Source: Octopus bimaculoides
Taxonomy: Eukaryota
Assembly (NCBI RefSeq): GCF_001194135.2
Contig: NC_068989.1
Location: forward strand, 10,044,468 to 10,108,467
Reading direction: 5' to 3'
DNA: 64,000 nucleotides
Position numbers and translations under genes: made by a program
Shown here: piece by piece, positions 39,847 through 53,534 of the stretch
Layout of the letters: every line of letters begins with the position of its first letter
How positions within the stretch are numbered: the stretch's first letter is position 1
The notes under the pieces: model-generated
What the model saw: the letters and a program-made list of their open reading frames with translations, nothing else
Database searches by the model: none
Told to the model about the DNA's origin: nothing

Positions 39847-40859
39847 CACACACACACACTAAATCATACATTAAGTACTGAAACACATATCTTGAGAGAA
39901 ATACATTAAATCTTAGCACCTTTTTGCAGCAACAAGGAATGCAAAAGACCTATTAACAGCCTTTACAGGAAAATAAAACAAACTATATCTTCTCATAAGA
40001 CAAATTTCAGAGAAATCTATGTGAAATCAGAATAAGATTGCTAGTAGTTGATTTGAAAACATAAATTGGTTTACTACAGGAACTTGAAACGTAATTTAAG
40101 AAGATTTAGCAGTATCTCTAACAGAATACTAAACCGAAAATAGAATTAGAATAGCTGAATGCTGTTTAGAACCTAAAAAGTAATGCAAAAATACAACTGT
40201 AATGTGATTTAAGTTTTAGTTTATCTCTATAGAATAGAAAAGGACATTCAAAAAACTGACGATAAGAAGTTGGATAGGATTAAGGAGGTTTGTACACGAA
40301 AGTAAAATTGTACAAAAGATTAGTGAAGTGGAGAGACTATGAGAACCGAAATATCAACAGCGAAGGAATGAATAATATAACAAGGTGATGAAAGAAACAA
40401 GGAACAGCGTAGAAAGAGTTGTTCGTATAAACTAGAAACAAAATCAAAATTGTGATGAAGATATATAGAAATAAATAGGATTAGTTGGACTTCATCAAAT
40501 TATACAAAAGTACTCTGAATTGAAAACTAAAATGGCTTTAGAAGATCTTCTAAACCAATCAATTTTAACTAAGTTGAAAGGTAGAAAAAAATAAAAAAAT
40601 TTGTTGTTGAAATATTTGTACTGAAATAAAAAAAAATTTATAAAAAAAAAAAATNNNNNNNNNNGGTATTCATAACTTATTGAGAATTCCTAAAAACAAG
40701 ATCCTTTGTAAGACTGTTCAGTATTCTCAATAAATACACAAAAACCGTTTTAAGGGCTACATACTTTGTATTGTTGTTACTGGATTAGCGAAACAATTAT
40801 GAGAATGGAACCTAGGGATAAGCCCGCTTTCCCCGGGAATTACCAGGCATGTCACCTGG

Positions 40860-40902
<43 letters not shown>

Positions 40903-40908
<6 letters not shown>

Positions 40909-41109
40909 TTGTGTGTCTGTGTTTGTCCCCCAACCATCACCTCACAACCGATGGTGTGTTTACGTCCCCATAACTTAGTGGTTCAGCCTAAGAGACTGAT
41001 AGATAAGTACTAGGCTGACAAAGAAAAAGTCCTGGGGCTGATTTATTCGACTAAAGGCAGTGCTACAACATGGCCACAGTCAAATGACTGAAACAAGTAA
41101 AAGAATAAA
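40903..41109 (+). mobile_element. SINE family A, 3' half
   Basis: gtgtttgtccccc...gtttacgtcccc.taacttag...aagtcctgggg...caaatgactgaaacaagtaaaag. Confidence 0.85.
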
Positions 41110-41290
41110 TGAATATAGCTTAGAACTAGTTAAAGTACTTTTGCCATAACTCTAGATGCATTGTCATTATTATCATTTTACTCCTTAGAGACACCAGCAG
41201 CTGTTAGGTTAAAGTGAAGATGCCTCAGGCTGACCAATGCCTTGTGAGGAAATTTGGTAGGTGGAAACTGAGTGGAAGCTTCTCATATAT

Positions 41291-41378
41291 ATTCATTTAT
41301 TCATTTCAGTCATTTGATTGCGGCAATGCTGGAGCACCGCCTATAGTTGAACAAATCAACCACCAGGACTTATTCTTC
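41291..41378 (-). mobile_element. SINE family A, 3' fragment, inverted relative to the 40903 copy
   Basis: tttcagtcatttgattgcggcaatgctggagcaccgcc...caggacttattct. Confidence 0.8.
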
Positions 41379-41565
41379 ACACAAGTCATCTATGAGGAAA
41401 TTCTTCTTCCAGGACTACTTCTACAGTGGAAGGCCATCTTACATCCAAATACAAATAGACATGTTAAATATGATTACACACAAATATAATTTATATGCTT
41501 TTGCTTTTGTATGTGAAGCTTCATTTCATGCTTTATTAAAATAAGGGTGGCAGATGGGTATTTAA

Positions 41566-41782
41566 CCCAGTAGCATTTAAATCAGTCATATCCAGTCCAA
41601 CTATTCTACCTGTTTTATATTCAAAAATGGCCAAATCTGGCCTCTTACACCTACCCTACAAAGTCATTCTAAACATAGACAAATACTTGGTCAAAATCGT
41701 GGAGCTACATGATAATGCATAATTCAAAACAAATTGGATAAATAAGCATTACATTTGACAGGGTACTCTGAATGCAAAAGGA
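41566..41782. mobile_element. piggyBac-type MITE, copy 2
   Basis: TTAA|ccc.gtagcatt...aatgcaaaagga|TTAA; shared body (acctaccctac, aataaataagcatt). Confidence 0.85.
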
Positions 41783-42847
41783 TTAAGACGGGGTTCTGTG
41801 AATTTTGGTTGAAGGGTCAGCAATATTGTGGAGTCTGCTCTATCATTCTTGGTGATCTTTGAAATAATCAATTCCAGACACAAGAAAGCAGTGCATTCAG
41901 ATGTACTTTCAATTTCTTGGATAAAATTTTGGTCTAATTTCTTAGCTGTTTCAGAAAGCAGTTCTATAGGATATAATTTTTTTGAATTCTAATCTGTTAT
42001 AATGTGTTCAAATTTGTAATATAGATATATATAAATACATACATATATATATACACATACACACGCACACACGCGATGCTAGCATGTGTAATGGAAATAA
42101 AATTATCTCAATCTACACAAGAAAATAAACTCGGAATAAAATAATGAATTATTATTACAATTATTATTATTATCAATTATTAATATTATTATTATTATTG
42201 CTATTCAGGGAGAAGTCAGTAGATTGAACTTATTGGAAAGCATCCAAATGAAATTAAATGACAAAAGATAGAGATTTTCATATTCTATAAGGACAAAAAA
42301 TATATGCTCTAAACCATGTGGTTGTTGCTGTCTACCAATGAATCAACTTTGATTCAGTGGTTCCAATAATGGCCATCTCATCTTTTTCCCCCTACCGCCT
42401 ACCTTTCCCACATAATGTACCCTAGATTATATTATTCAAATGCCCTCTTTTTAGTAATTTCTAAAACAGGACAGTGTGGTTTGCGAGAGATTTGGTTGCT
42501 AGTGGTTTAGTTATGAGGCGAAGATTATTCAATGTACAAAAGAGACTATTAATGAGAGACGGAATAGGAGAGGGGCGAGAGAGTAGAGTAGAAATTGATG
42601 GGTAATTTGAACAACAAATAATAGGACAACATAAATAAGTTAGTACTAAAATGAAATCCAAGACAAAAAAAAAAAACATTCCACATTTAATATTAATTTT
42701 TAAAAAAAAAAGGAAAATTACTAGTGAGAAGTGGGTGGTTAACCTGGAGAAGGTTGGTGCAAAAGTTGACTAGCAATAGGAACGATGCATTTTACTAACA
42801 GAGATTCTACAGGGAGGAAGTTAAGTAAAATTGAAACTCCCACAAAC

Positions 42848-42913
42848 CTGTACTTTCCGCATGACTCTTTTGCATTTGAAAAGAGGAGGGCCGAGAATTT
42901 CTGGCAGGTGTGG
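42848..42913 (-). CDS. Candidate internal coding exon E2 (66 nt, symmetric); [A]TPARNSRPSSFQMQKSHAEST in the phase-1 frame
   Basis: Acceptor atatgttttttag, donor CAG|gtttgt. Length is divisible by 3. All three frames are open, and the phase-1 frame joins E1 to E4. Confidence 0.5.
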
Positions 42914-44563
42914 CTAAAAAACATATAAATCTACATAAAGCAACAGAAAATGCTGACTCTAAAACTAAGGTTTATCTCATTAGGAAAATAATTAGGAAGA
43001 GAGGAAAGTGGAGAAAGGAAATAGTACTGCACGCACATGGACAGGAGGAAGAGAGAGTAAGAAGAGGGAGAGGAAATAATCAACAGCTTAAACAGTTATT
43101 GGTTATTAGGAAAAACCTATGTACATACACACAAGTGCGCGTGTATGCATGTGCGTGTATGCACGTGCGTGCAGGTGTGCAATGTATGTAAGAGTATCAT
43201 TTGCATACATAGGTAACAATGCTCTATCTACTGGTAATTTTTTTTTCTAAATACTTAACTAATTAATGAAATAAGATATTCAGGATATCTCGAGATTGAA
43301 ATTTTCCATTGTTGAGGCGCTGGTTGCCATTGTTGTCGTATTTCATTTATTTAGTGATTTATTCAATTATTTTTGTTATAATTTGAGATGAATGGAAAGA
43401 TAATCAACAACAGGCAGCGATTCCTCTGTAATTCAGGGATCATTTTCAACAACAACAAGTATTAATCTAATTTATGGATCATTTTATATAATCATTTTTA
43501 CCATCGACAGTAATGCAGAGACACTGTTGTTAGGGAATCATTGTAGTATCTTCTTACATTCATCCTCATTTTTCCCTTCAAATTACATTGATTAAAAGTG
43601 AACTGAAATCTGAGAAGACAGCTTGGGAAGTAGGGAACCATTTATTATAAAGAAATACTGGAAATGATATAAGAAAGTTCAGAAAATGTATTATTTCATC
43701 TTTGCAAAAATGAAACAAAGAACTTTTTTTTTTATTTTTTTTTTTTTTATTCATTTATTTTTCTCCCCAAAATGAAAAATTTTGCTCATGTTCACTTTTG
43801 AGATTTAATAATAAACAATAAATAAATATGGATATAAATAAAATTAAGCCAGAATGAAGTTGCAAAGGAATCATAAAAATGGCCAAAAGAAAGTATGAAG
43901 AAATTTATTCTTCCCAAAATTATAAATTGAAGCTTTGTTTATTGTTTTTCTTTCCTCTTCTTTTTTGTAAGAAAAAATGATAACAAAATGAAGACAAGCA
44001 AATTGAAATAGACAGGAGTGGAAGGGTAGATGGTGTGATATAAATTTGAAAGAATTTCTATGAATTTCTGTGGGTGAGGGGCAGTAGTTGAAGACATATA
44101 ACATTTTAATGTGGCAAATTTAGAGGATAGAGAAGTTAATTTAATAGCAGTTCTATAACCCTAGTAGTTGAGTGCCTTTGGGATAAGCATCTTAACTAGG
44201 TGATGTTTAAGTGAACCTCCTGAAAAAAGACATAAAATGGTGAATAATCTTCAACAGAGCATTGGAAGATATTTGCTTCAGTATATATTTTGGTGGGAAG
44301 GAGAGAGGAAATAGCTTATTGAATTAGGAAAGAAATTTGAGTGAATCGATAAAGACGGTGGAAGTCAAAAGGCATTTTTGGTAACTGTAATGGTAGAAGG
44401 ATGCAAATTAAGGAGAGAAAACATTGCAAATGAGAAAATATGCACAGGTCAGACAACAGATCAAATATTTTTCTATCTGTCTAAGTACACATACATCATA
44501 TACGCACAGAAATACACACAACAATGGGGGAAGAGAAATCAAGCATGAGAGCTAACACAAACC

Positions 44564-44795
44564 GAATGCTGAGTAAATGTAGAACAAATATACATTTCAT
44601 ACATACACACACTGATACACACAGCTACATACATTCATACACCTGCAATACACACAAACACACACACACACACACACACACACAAGAACTAGCACAAGCT
44701 TAATGCCAAACGTAAGTAGAACAAACATACATTTCATACACACTCAGACATACAGCTACATACATTTATATAACTGCAATACACACATAAACACA
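44564..44795. repeat. Diverged tandem duplication, period about 137 bp
   Basis: gtagaacaaa.atacatttcatac...cagctacatacatt...ctgcaatacacaca occurs twice. Confidence 0.8.
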
Positions 44796-44805
44796 TGTTC
44801 GCACG

Positions 44806-44851
<46 letters not shown>

Positions 44852-45043
44852 CAGGCACCTGTAATGAAGAGATAACATTTCAAGAATGTACTTCAAGCAT
44901 TCAGACAAACGTGTGTGTACACAGTTTTAAGTTAAATAAAACATGTGAAAAAGAATATGTTAAACAAACACACACACAAAAACATGCATGAACTTACCAC
45001 ATGTATATTATACACACACATACACAATATTACACACACACAC

Positions 45044-45098
<55 letters not shown>

Positions 45099-45412
45099 CA
45101 CACACACACACACACACACAGCAACCAAAAGCTGGAATGATAAAGAAGAAACAGCACTTTCTACATTGTGCAACCACTCTGAAGGAAAAGCAACGCTCAA
45201 AACAGTGCATATATCACAAAGAAAAGAAAGTGCATAAATTGCATTAGCAAGTCGTTCAAGTTTGGCCACACAAACGCACAACAAATATCAAACAAGCATA
45301 CACAAATTAACAGATAATACACACACACACACACATACAGACACACACACACACACTCGCAAAACACTCTTAATATGAAAGAGAAATTAAATCTAATTTT
45401 GAAGAGTAAAAC

Positions 45413-45447
<35 letters not shown>

Positions 45448-45593
45448 GAATAAATAAATAATATAACAACACTAAGAAGTGAAGCGTGCAAATTTGCTTG
45501 TAAAAGCAAGTAGCTGAATCAATGTTTTTTGTTTATTCAATGTCTTTATTACGTTATTGTTGTCATTATTATTATTATTATTATTATTATTCA

Positions 45594-46310
45594 GTCAGTG
45601 AGATGGCAAAATTGTCAGCACGTCAGACACAATGCTTAGCTGAATATTTCTTCCAGCTCTTTACACTCTGAGGTTCAAATACCACCGAGGTCAGCTTTGC
45701 CTTTCATCCATCCAGTGTCGGTAAATTAGGTACCAGTTAAGCGCTGGGGGTCGATATAATCGACTGCCCCACCACCACCACCACTAAAAATTGCTGGTCT
45801 TATATCAAAATTTGAAAATCCACCATTTATCAATTATTATTATCATCATCATCATTATCAACATCAACATCATTATCAACAACAAGGTGGCAAGTTGGCA
45901 GAAGCGTTAGCATACTTAGCAGCATTTCTTTAGGTTCTAAGTTCAAACACTGCTGAGGTCAGTTTTGACTTTCATCCTTTTAAGGGGGTCAATAAAATAA
46001 GTAGAAGTTTAGCAAAGAAGTCAATTACAATGACTGCCCCTTATCCCTAATACAGCTGACCTTGTGCAAAAATTTGAAATTATGATTGTTATCATTACTA
46101 TAATAATAATTATTACTATTATTATTATTATTATTAATGTGGTGAGCTGGCAGAACCATTAGCATGCCAGACAAAATGCTTAGTGGCATTTCATCTTGCT
46201 TTCCATTCTAAGTTCAAATACTGCCAAGGTCAACTTTGCCATTCATCCGTTTGGTGTTGATGTAATCAAACTTGCTTCTTCCCTCAAAAACTGCTGGCTC
46301 TGTACCAAAA

Positions 46311-46348
<38 letters not shown>

Positions 46349-46560
46349 GGCAGTGAGCTGGCAGGAATCATTAGCATGTTGGATGAAATGCTAAGCGGTA
46401 TTTCACCCATCATTACGTTCTGAGTTCAAATTCTGCCGAGGTCGACTTAGCTTTTCATCCTTTCAGGGTCGACAAAATAAGCACCAGATGAACACTGGGG
46501 TTGCTGTAATCAACTGATCCACACCTTTCCCCCAAGCTGCCCTTGTGGCAAAAATTTGAA
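45594..46560 (+). mobile_element. Head-to-tail cluster of four older family B SINEs (about 45594-45820, 45885-46082, 46137-46310, 46347-46560) separated by (TTA)n/(CAT)n tracts
   Basis: Each unit has a ggtgagctggcag-like head, gttcaaa B box, ctttcatcc motif and aaatttgaa-like tail. Confidence 0.85.
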
Positions 46561-46664
46561 ATTATTATTACTATTATTATTATTATTATTTCCATCCGTC
46601 ACAACGATGGTAGCAAAAGGGCACCACTTACTTAGGGAAGGTGAATTTTAAAAACCTGTCTTAC

Positions 46665-46723
46665 CTTCATGTATAACCATTGATGACAAAGTTTCTAAAG
46701 TGTCAGGATTATAGTTGCTTGGT
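46665..46723 (-). CDS. Candidate internal coding exon E1 (59 nt) of an unidentified large-intron gene; [R]PSNYNPDTLETLSSMVIHE
   Basis: Strong acceptor ctttttctctttaaccatttcag and donor GAAG|gtaaga on the minus strand. Only one frame is open (enters phase 2, exits phase 1). Non-repetitive sequence. Confidence 0.6.
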
Positions 46724-47302
46724 CTGAAATGGTTAAAGAGAAAAAGAGAGAGATCGTGAGATTTTTTAAAATTAATAAATAAAATAAAACAGAACATAAA
46801 AAACAGAACTTTCAATATATATATTTCAGATACAGGATCGAAAATTGAAGAGAAAAAAAAATTACGAATTTTTCCTTTGTGCTTACACACAAACGGTGAG
46901 GACTATAATTATTTATATACAATATTGCCAAATATATATATAGAAAGAAGAAACAAAATAATAACAGAAATATATTTCTTTAAAATGAGAATCGAAACGA
47001 TATCTATCTATCCATATGAAAGTAAACAACGAGTATCAAGGAATATAGGAATATTAACAAACTTGTTGGACTCAAATAACACACTTTGATTCTTTTTTTT
47101 TNNNNNNNNNNGGGGGGGGGGTTGTGTTTTCATTCTTCTCTCCAGCAAAAATAAGTAACATGTGTGAACTCCATCAAACTGAAATAATTCCGAAATATAC
47201 AAACCAAGAACTTCACAAAAATGACTGCTAATACTGAAAGAAAAAAGTGTGTGCATGTGCGTCCACACACAAAGAGGAGTGAATGATAGCAATAGTGATA
47301 TC

Positions 47303-47343
<41 letters not shown>

Positions 47344-48133
47344 AATGAAATCTCGTAGCTAATGGAGCGAAAATGAAATACAGCTAAGCAGATGATTGCC
47401 AAAATAAAAGCGTTTAAGCAATGAATATTTCATTTGATGGTAGAACTTTTCATCTGGAATGGTCTAGTCTTGGCCTGTCTCATTTGATTCTAGACTAGGT
47501 TAGAACCATGATTAGATAATTTGATTGAATGCAACACAAATAAGACAATAACTTTGGTGCTAGATTTATAAAGACACTGCTAAAAAAAAAAAAATAATAA
47601 TAATAATAAAAATACAAAAATGTGTGTGTTTAATTTTTACCATAGTGAGATGGTATGTAGCATTTTGGAGGGTGGGGCCTTTTTATCACCAAAGTTTAAT
47701 TAATAAAATAACTATATAACATGTTATTTTGAATTAATTTAAAACAGTTGTGATTTGTTGATTTTGATTTGGTTTTAAACTGGGCATTAAATTAATGCTG
47801 AGAATAATAGAAATCAAGAAGGGACTGTTATCAACATTGTTGTAATGCCCACTTTTCCAGACTTGCATGGGTTTGACAAAACTTTGATGAAGCAGGTGTT
47901 TTTTTTTTTTTTTTTTACTACAACAGGATGTTATTCTTGTCACCAATATCTCACCTGTTTCCAGGCAAATAATATTTCTTCTAGACTATCAAACAATAAA
48001 CGACCTGGACATGGTTTTCTCAGAGAATTGTAAACAAATGAACCATTTCTATGACTGGTGACTTTTGCTTACAATTACTGCACACATGTCAACACCAGGG
48101 GAATACATGCTCCCTCATTCATGCAGGCAGATG

Positions 48134-48307
48134 TGTGTGGGTACACACACACACACAGGACTTCTAATGCTCCTCTATCAAATTTCACTCACAAAACAAT
48201 GGCCTGTCTGCAACTATAGTTGAAAGCACCTGGACAGTGTCCAAGCAACTGGGACTGAGCTCTAAGCCACATGGTTGCAAAACAAGGTTTTTAATCACAC
48301 GATTGTG
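48134..48307 (-). mobile_element. SINE family A, diverged 5' half
   Basis: gggactgagctctaagccacatggttgc...ttaatcacac matches the family A head reversed. Confidence 0.65.
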
Positions 48308-49649
48308 TCTAGAGTCATAAGCGTGTACAAAAGTGTGAAAGAAAAAACATATGAATAAAATGAAAAATCTGAATATATAAACTTTTAAATATTTGATTGC
48401 CAGACATTAAGCTTGTGATAAGCATTTCAAGCTTATTTCTTGCGTGTCCAGAAGATTTTAAATAAAACCCACAGTGCTTGAAGTCACTAACTACCTTGGG
48501 CTATGTGCCATTTTTAAACAATTTGAATCATGTGAGGTCAATTAACAAACTATACTAGAATGAAGAAAGCATTTAAAATAAAGAAAAATATATAAATAAC
48601 TGGTGTACACTTGTGAATAAATGAAAATTCAACATCATCATAGTAACAGCAGCCATTCTTAATAGAAAATCTTCTGTAAGTATTTACCCAGAAGCAAAGA
48701 ATAACTATCAGGCTTATATTTATTATGCCACAGGTAGTAATGTTATCTGTATTTATATATGAAAATTTACATCCAATTGAAAACTTAAAGCCTACATTGC
48801 GACTGAGTCCCTAACCTTTAAACCATGTAAACAGTACAGCAAGTTTCAAGTAAACTACTAAAGTATATTATACAATAGACCCATGACATTTATTCTGTAA
48901 ACCTTGAAAAGATCTAAGATGTTGTTGATCGAGGTGGAATTTGAACTTGCTATTCACATTCTCCATCGGTATTGTACCACAGTACAAGATCAATTATCCA
49001 TTTTATCTGAGATTAACTGAAATAAATTGGATTCAATTCTTATGTTGTTCAGCATGCAACATATACTACACTGTGGTGAGTTATTAGAATTAAAATATAG
49101 AAATTCCGTGATGAAAAGATTTCTATAGAACAATCTTATGTAAGAGGTAGGTGAATGTGTTGAGATGTACACTATCAGCTGTATAAGCTTTATTTAAACA
49201 TTTGAAAAATAGAGAAAGGACCAAATGTCTCTTTCTCAGAATGAGTTGTTTATAAACTTGCAAATCCATTATACAAGTATTACTACCTAACACAAATCTA
49301 GAGCAGAGACGGATTCAGAAAATTATTCACATTAAATTGAAAATTTATATTGAAACTCTAGTGAATGATGGAAATAATTTTTTTTTTCTTTTTCTCCCCG
49401 ACAAAATAACATCTTACATATTAAGTTATGTTGACAGCCTACAGAATACTGTTACACAATCTTTGTAGCAGTAAAAGATTATTAACTCTATGGTTGGTAT
49501 TAGAAATAGGAGTTAGCTAGTTAATCTGTATAATCTTTGCTTTAACAGAATGTTACACAAATCTATGCAATTTCATCTCAATCCTATTATACATTTGGGG
49601 CTGTGTTGACAGGTAAACCGAACTAATCTAGTAGGTTCAAAAGAACAGT

Positions 49650-49775
49650 GTTTTCATTGAGGGGTCATACTCTAAACAGAATGGAAATTGCATGAACCAA
49701 AACTTGCCTGAGGCACATTCCTCATGACCAAGTTCTCCAGAAGTTTCAAGTTAGGTCATGTTGAAACCATTCTGC
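49650..49775 (-). mobile_element. Second copy of the 21144 repeat remnant
   Basis: Reverse-strand match to 21144-21300. Confidence 0.6.
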
Positions 49776-51289
49776 TAGTGTGGCATCGACTGAGGCAACC
49801 ACAACAACCAAATCAGGATCTAAACACAGGGATTATGAAATATTGGAATAAGTCTATATTTCGAAAACCTAAACAAAAATATTCAATAAGCACCATGCTT
49901 GTATCTTGACCAAATAAACGATTATAGAGATGAGAGCAGAGAGAAGAATGTTACAGTTAAACAAGTTTAAGGTTAGAGTACTTGTCAGTGAAACTATTAA
50001 ATCTGAAAGAACCTCCAGTGATAATACTAAATTGAAAATTCAGACAGAAGACATAAATCTCCACTTTAATAACTCACTCAGATGTTGGGGGAGGGGACAT
50101 TCATAATTAAATGGATTTTAATGTTATATTTCATTTAATCCCCATTAGTATAACATTTGCAATTAGTAAACCAACCAGGTTAGGCTTAACTTTTTGAATA
50201 TGATGCTTTTATGTCAACCACAACACTAAATTAGCTTTTCCCTTTTTTTGTGCTTTACTTAGTTGTTCTGCTCGCTGACATTAATTACAAACTATCATAT
50301 TTTCTTTTCAGCTTGCTGTGTGTGACAAATGTTGTAGCAGCAAACTTTCCTACACCTCAACACAACAACCTTAACTATGTCAGTGTTTGTTCTTTCGCTA
50401 TTTTGTTATTATTTTGTTTTGCTTCTTTTTCTGTTTTTATTTATAGAGCAAATTCATTTCAATAACACTTTTATATATTTCTTCATATTCTTTCCATTTA
50501 TAGAAATACTGTTTAGTGGAAATCTATTTTGTCTCATAAGAACGAACACATTTAAGCAATTTTATAATTAAAAACAAAAGAAGAAAAATCAACAAATTAA
50601 AAAATACTTTATCCTTTAAAAATAGGATTTGCATTAATAGGAAAAAGAAAGCTGTTTTAATTCTTGAACTCTGGACTAATACATAATTCATCTTAGAATT
50701 TTACTGGACACATGCAACAAATAAATTAATTACAGCTAAGTTTGAATTTGGAGATTAAAATAAAATAAAATGGAAAGGAAGGAAATTACAAATTTCAAAT
50801 TGACTGAAATTATGCAAATTTTAACGGCAAGAAAGTGAGAGTGTTTTTGAATGCTGGAAAGTAGAGTAGTTATATGTACCAATGATTCATTTTTTGAATG
50901 GAATCAAACCTAGGTGGCCGGGGGGTGGGAATAATTTTGAGTTTGCATTCAGACAATGACAACAGAGGTTATAAGATTAGCTAAGCGATATAGCTGATGA
51001 TGATAGTCAGGAAATGCCTATGGAGAACAAGGAGAAAGTAGGCAACTAACTTTCAAGGCCCAATAACAAAAGGATAAAGAAATATTCTTATTAAAACAAT
51101 CATTGGATTGGATTGTTTGTGTTCAGTCCACTGCAGGATGAGGGCCTCAGTATGCTCTCCCCAACAACCATGGTCGAGTGTGTGGGCCATGAATCTGAGT
51201 TTGAGATCATATTGATTTGATGAGCCTACTTGGCCACACTGGCTTGACATGGCTTGACAAAGGAATGCAGCTTTTTTACTCATACCCAG

Positions 51290-51463
51290 GAGTAGTTAAG
51301 TCGATTACATCGACCCCAGGGCTCAACTGGTACTTATTTTATTGACCCTGAAAGGATGGAAAGCAAAGTCGACCTCAGCAGAATTTGAACTCAGAATGTA
51401 AAGAACATGAAATACTGCTAAGCATTTCACCAAGCATGCTAACAATTTGGCCAGCTCGGCACC
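51290..51463 (-). mobile_element. SINE family B
   Basis: aagtcgattacatcgacccc...gaaaggatggaaagcaaagtcgacctc..gaatttgaactcag...tgctaacaatttggccagctc. Confidence 0.87.
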
Positions 51464-52512
51464 TAAGAAAGCCATATTACAGTTAAAATTTTATGGATAT
51501 AGAATGAACTGACAGCTTCTGTGTTTTATCTATGAAACAGCTGATGCATAACATTCTCTTAACAACAACAACAACAACAACAACAACAAGTAAAGAAAAG
51601 CAAGAGTGCATATACAAGAGAGGTTTCACCTTATTCTGTCCCAATCCTAAATATTAATGGAATATTGTCATGTAGTATAGTAACATAAGGTTCCCAATAA
51701 CATTTTAGAGTTCGTAGCCAGAGGAAATGAATTCTAGTAATGGGTTTTTATGAGGGTCAACAATATCTCAAGAAATGGCACAAAATCAAATGTAAAAGCT
51801 AATAAAATCATCATTGTATCAATTTTGTATATTATTGGTTTTAGTTGGCAAGTGAAATAGAACAGAATATTTCAGACTCTTAGCAAAGACTGGTTACCAA
51901 TTAACATGTATTTTCATAATATAACATCTCCAAAAAGCAAATGAAATAGGAGAGAAGTCAAGAAAACCAACATATTTATGCATGTTTCTCTTTAATTACA
52001 TCTCCAAAAACCTTGATTGTTTAAGGTATTATATTATGCCTACAAAACTTGTCTTATAAATATCTTTAAAAAGTGTTCAGTTAATCTCCATAGTAACATA
52101 TAAGAAGAGAAAAAAAAATAACTGTTAATCTAAAAGCTTTGAATAAAACTGCACAGAATTAATGTTTCAAATCTTGTACTCAGGATTCGTTCAAATTTTA
52201 GATTTCTACCTAGCAAAAATTTCTATTTTGCCTTGAAACAAAGAAATACCTCTGTAATTAATATATATGAATGTTATTTTGATTCATCTCTCTTATTTAT
52301 AAATATCGAAATTACTCTAAAATCCACTAAAACGCAGGGAAATACTTATATTGAGGATAATTTATGTTCAGACTGTCTCAAAATAACAATAAATTGCTTA
52401 GATAAAAGGTTTCTGAACAAAGTGCATGCAGTTTTAAACCGAATTCCAACTGAATTCACTGCTGATAGTTCACTTAGCTCACTCGGTACATTTTTATTCT
52501 TAGAAATTTGTA

Positions 52513-52843
52513 TCTTTTACTCGTTTCAGTCATTGGACAGCGGCCATGCGGTGAAGGCCTTTCAAGGATTTCGTCAAACAACCAACCCCAGTATTTATTC
52601 TAGTTGTCCCTCTTGCTGAACTGCTAAGTTACAGGGACATAAACAAACTAACACTGGTTGTCAAGCAGTGCTAGTGGGCAAACAGAAACACAAAGAAAAA
52701 CACACACACACACACACATACACACACACACACACACACAATGGGCATCCACAGTTTATCTCTACCAAATTCATTCACAAGACATGTGACTTGAAACCCA
52801 AACCATGTGGTTTGCAAAGTGAGCTTTTTAATCACACAGCCAA
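52513..52843 (-). mobile_element. SINE family A with internal deletion
   Basis: Tail cttttactcgtttcagtcatt, ctaagttac motif, (AC)n, head aaccatgtggtttgc...atcacacagcc. Confidence 0.82.
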
Positions 52844-53534
52844 ATCTAGAATTTATTTTCTTGCAGAGTCTGGGGGAAGCGGTTGTGCTCATAACCTTTG
52901 CAGATCCACTGATGTCAGTGAGCTTGATGCCATTAATGTTCCGTTTAAGCTGTTGGGGGAAAGTAGCTAAAGGATTCCAGGGGACTCCATTAACCATTTC
53001 TTTCTGTGGGGAAAGAACTGGTTAATGCAGGGCCTGTGTAGAGGATTGGACAAAACAAAGGTAATAGGGGAGAGAGAGAGAGAGAGAGAGAGTCAGAGGT
53101 GAGTTAGTTGATAGCACTTTAGTGGTGGAGGTACAAGACACAAACTAGCTCCAACAAAAAGATGCCATTATAATAAAATCTACTTGATATGAAAAGATTT
53201 AACACTCAGAATTCTTGTTCTTTTGGGGTTACAATTTACCATTGTTTTAGCATCAGTAGTTCTTAAAACTTACAATGTACATAATAGGATTAAAAATAAT
53301 GATAAGATAGATCTGCAGGAGAAATGGAAGAAGAAAATCTAAGATAACCATTTCTGTGCAAAGGTTACATGAGGCTTGGTAGCAAAGGGACGAGGAATAT
53401 TTTGAATAGTTTATCAAATCACTAGTTTCCAAGAATTTAGGCTGCTCTGAGTAGTACTAACTAATGAAGGAACAAACCAGAAAAATATGAGCACAATCTT
53501 TATAACAAAATTAAAAAAAAAAAAATTAAGAACT

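Noticed and set aside
41749-41988. 79-codon stop-free minus-strand frame (NSKKLYPIELLSETAKKLDQNF...)
   Set aside because: It runs into a piggyBac MITE, has no good donor, and its phase does not fit the E1-E5 chain. It is expected by chance.
47955-47980. Minus-strand segment ending at a strong donor CAG|gtgaga that could supply KKYYLPGN upstream of E1
   Set aside because: The acceptor is ambiguous (a competing AG 5 nt upstream gives a stop), and other short candidates (for example near 51630-51646, DWDRI) fit the phase equally well. It cannot be resolved without RNA data.
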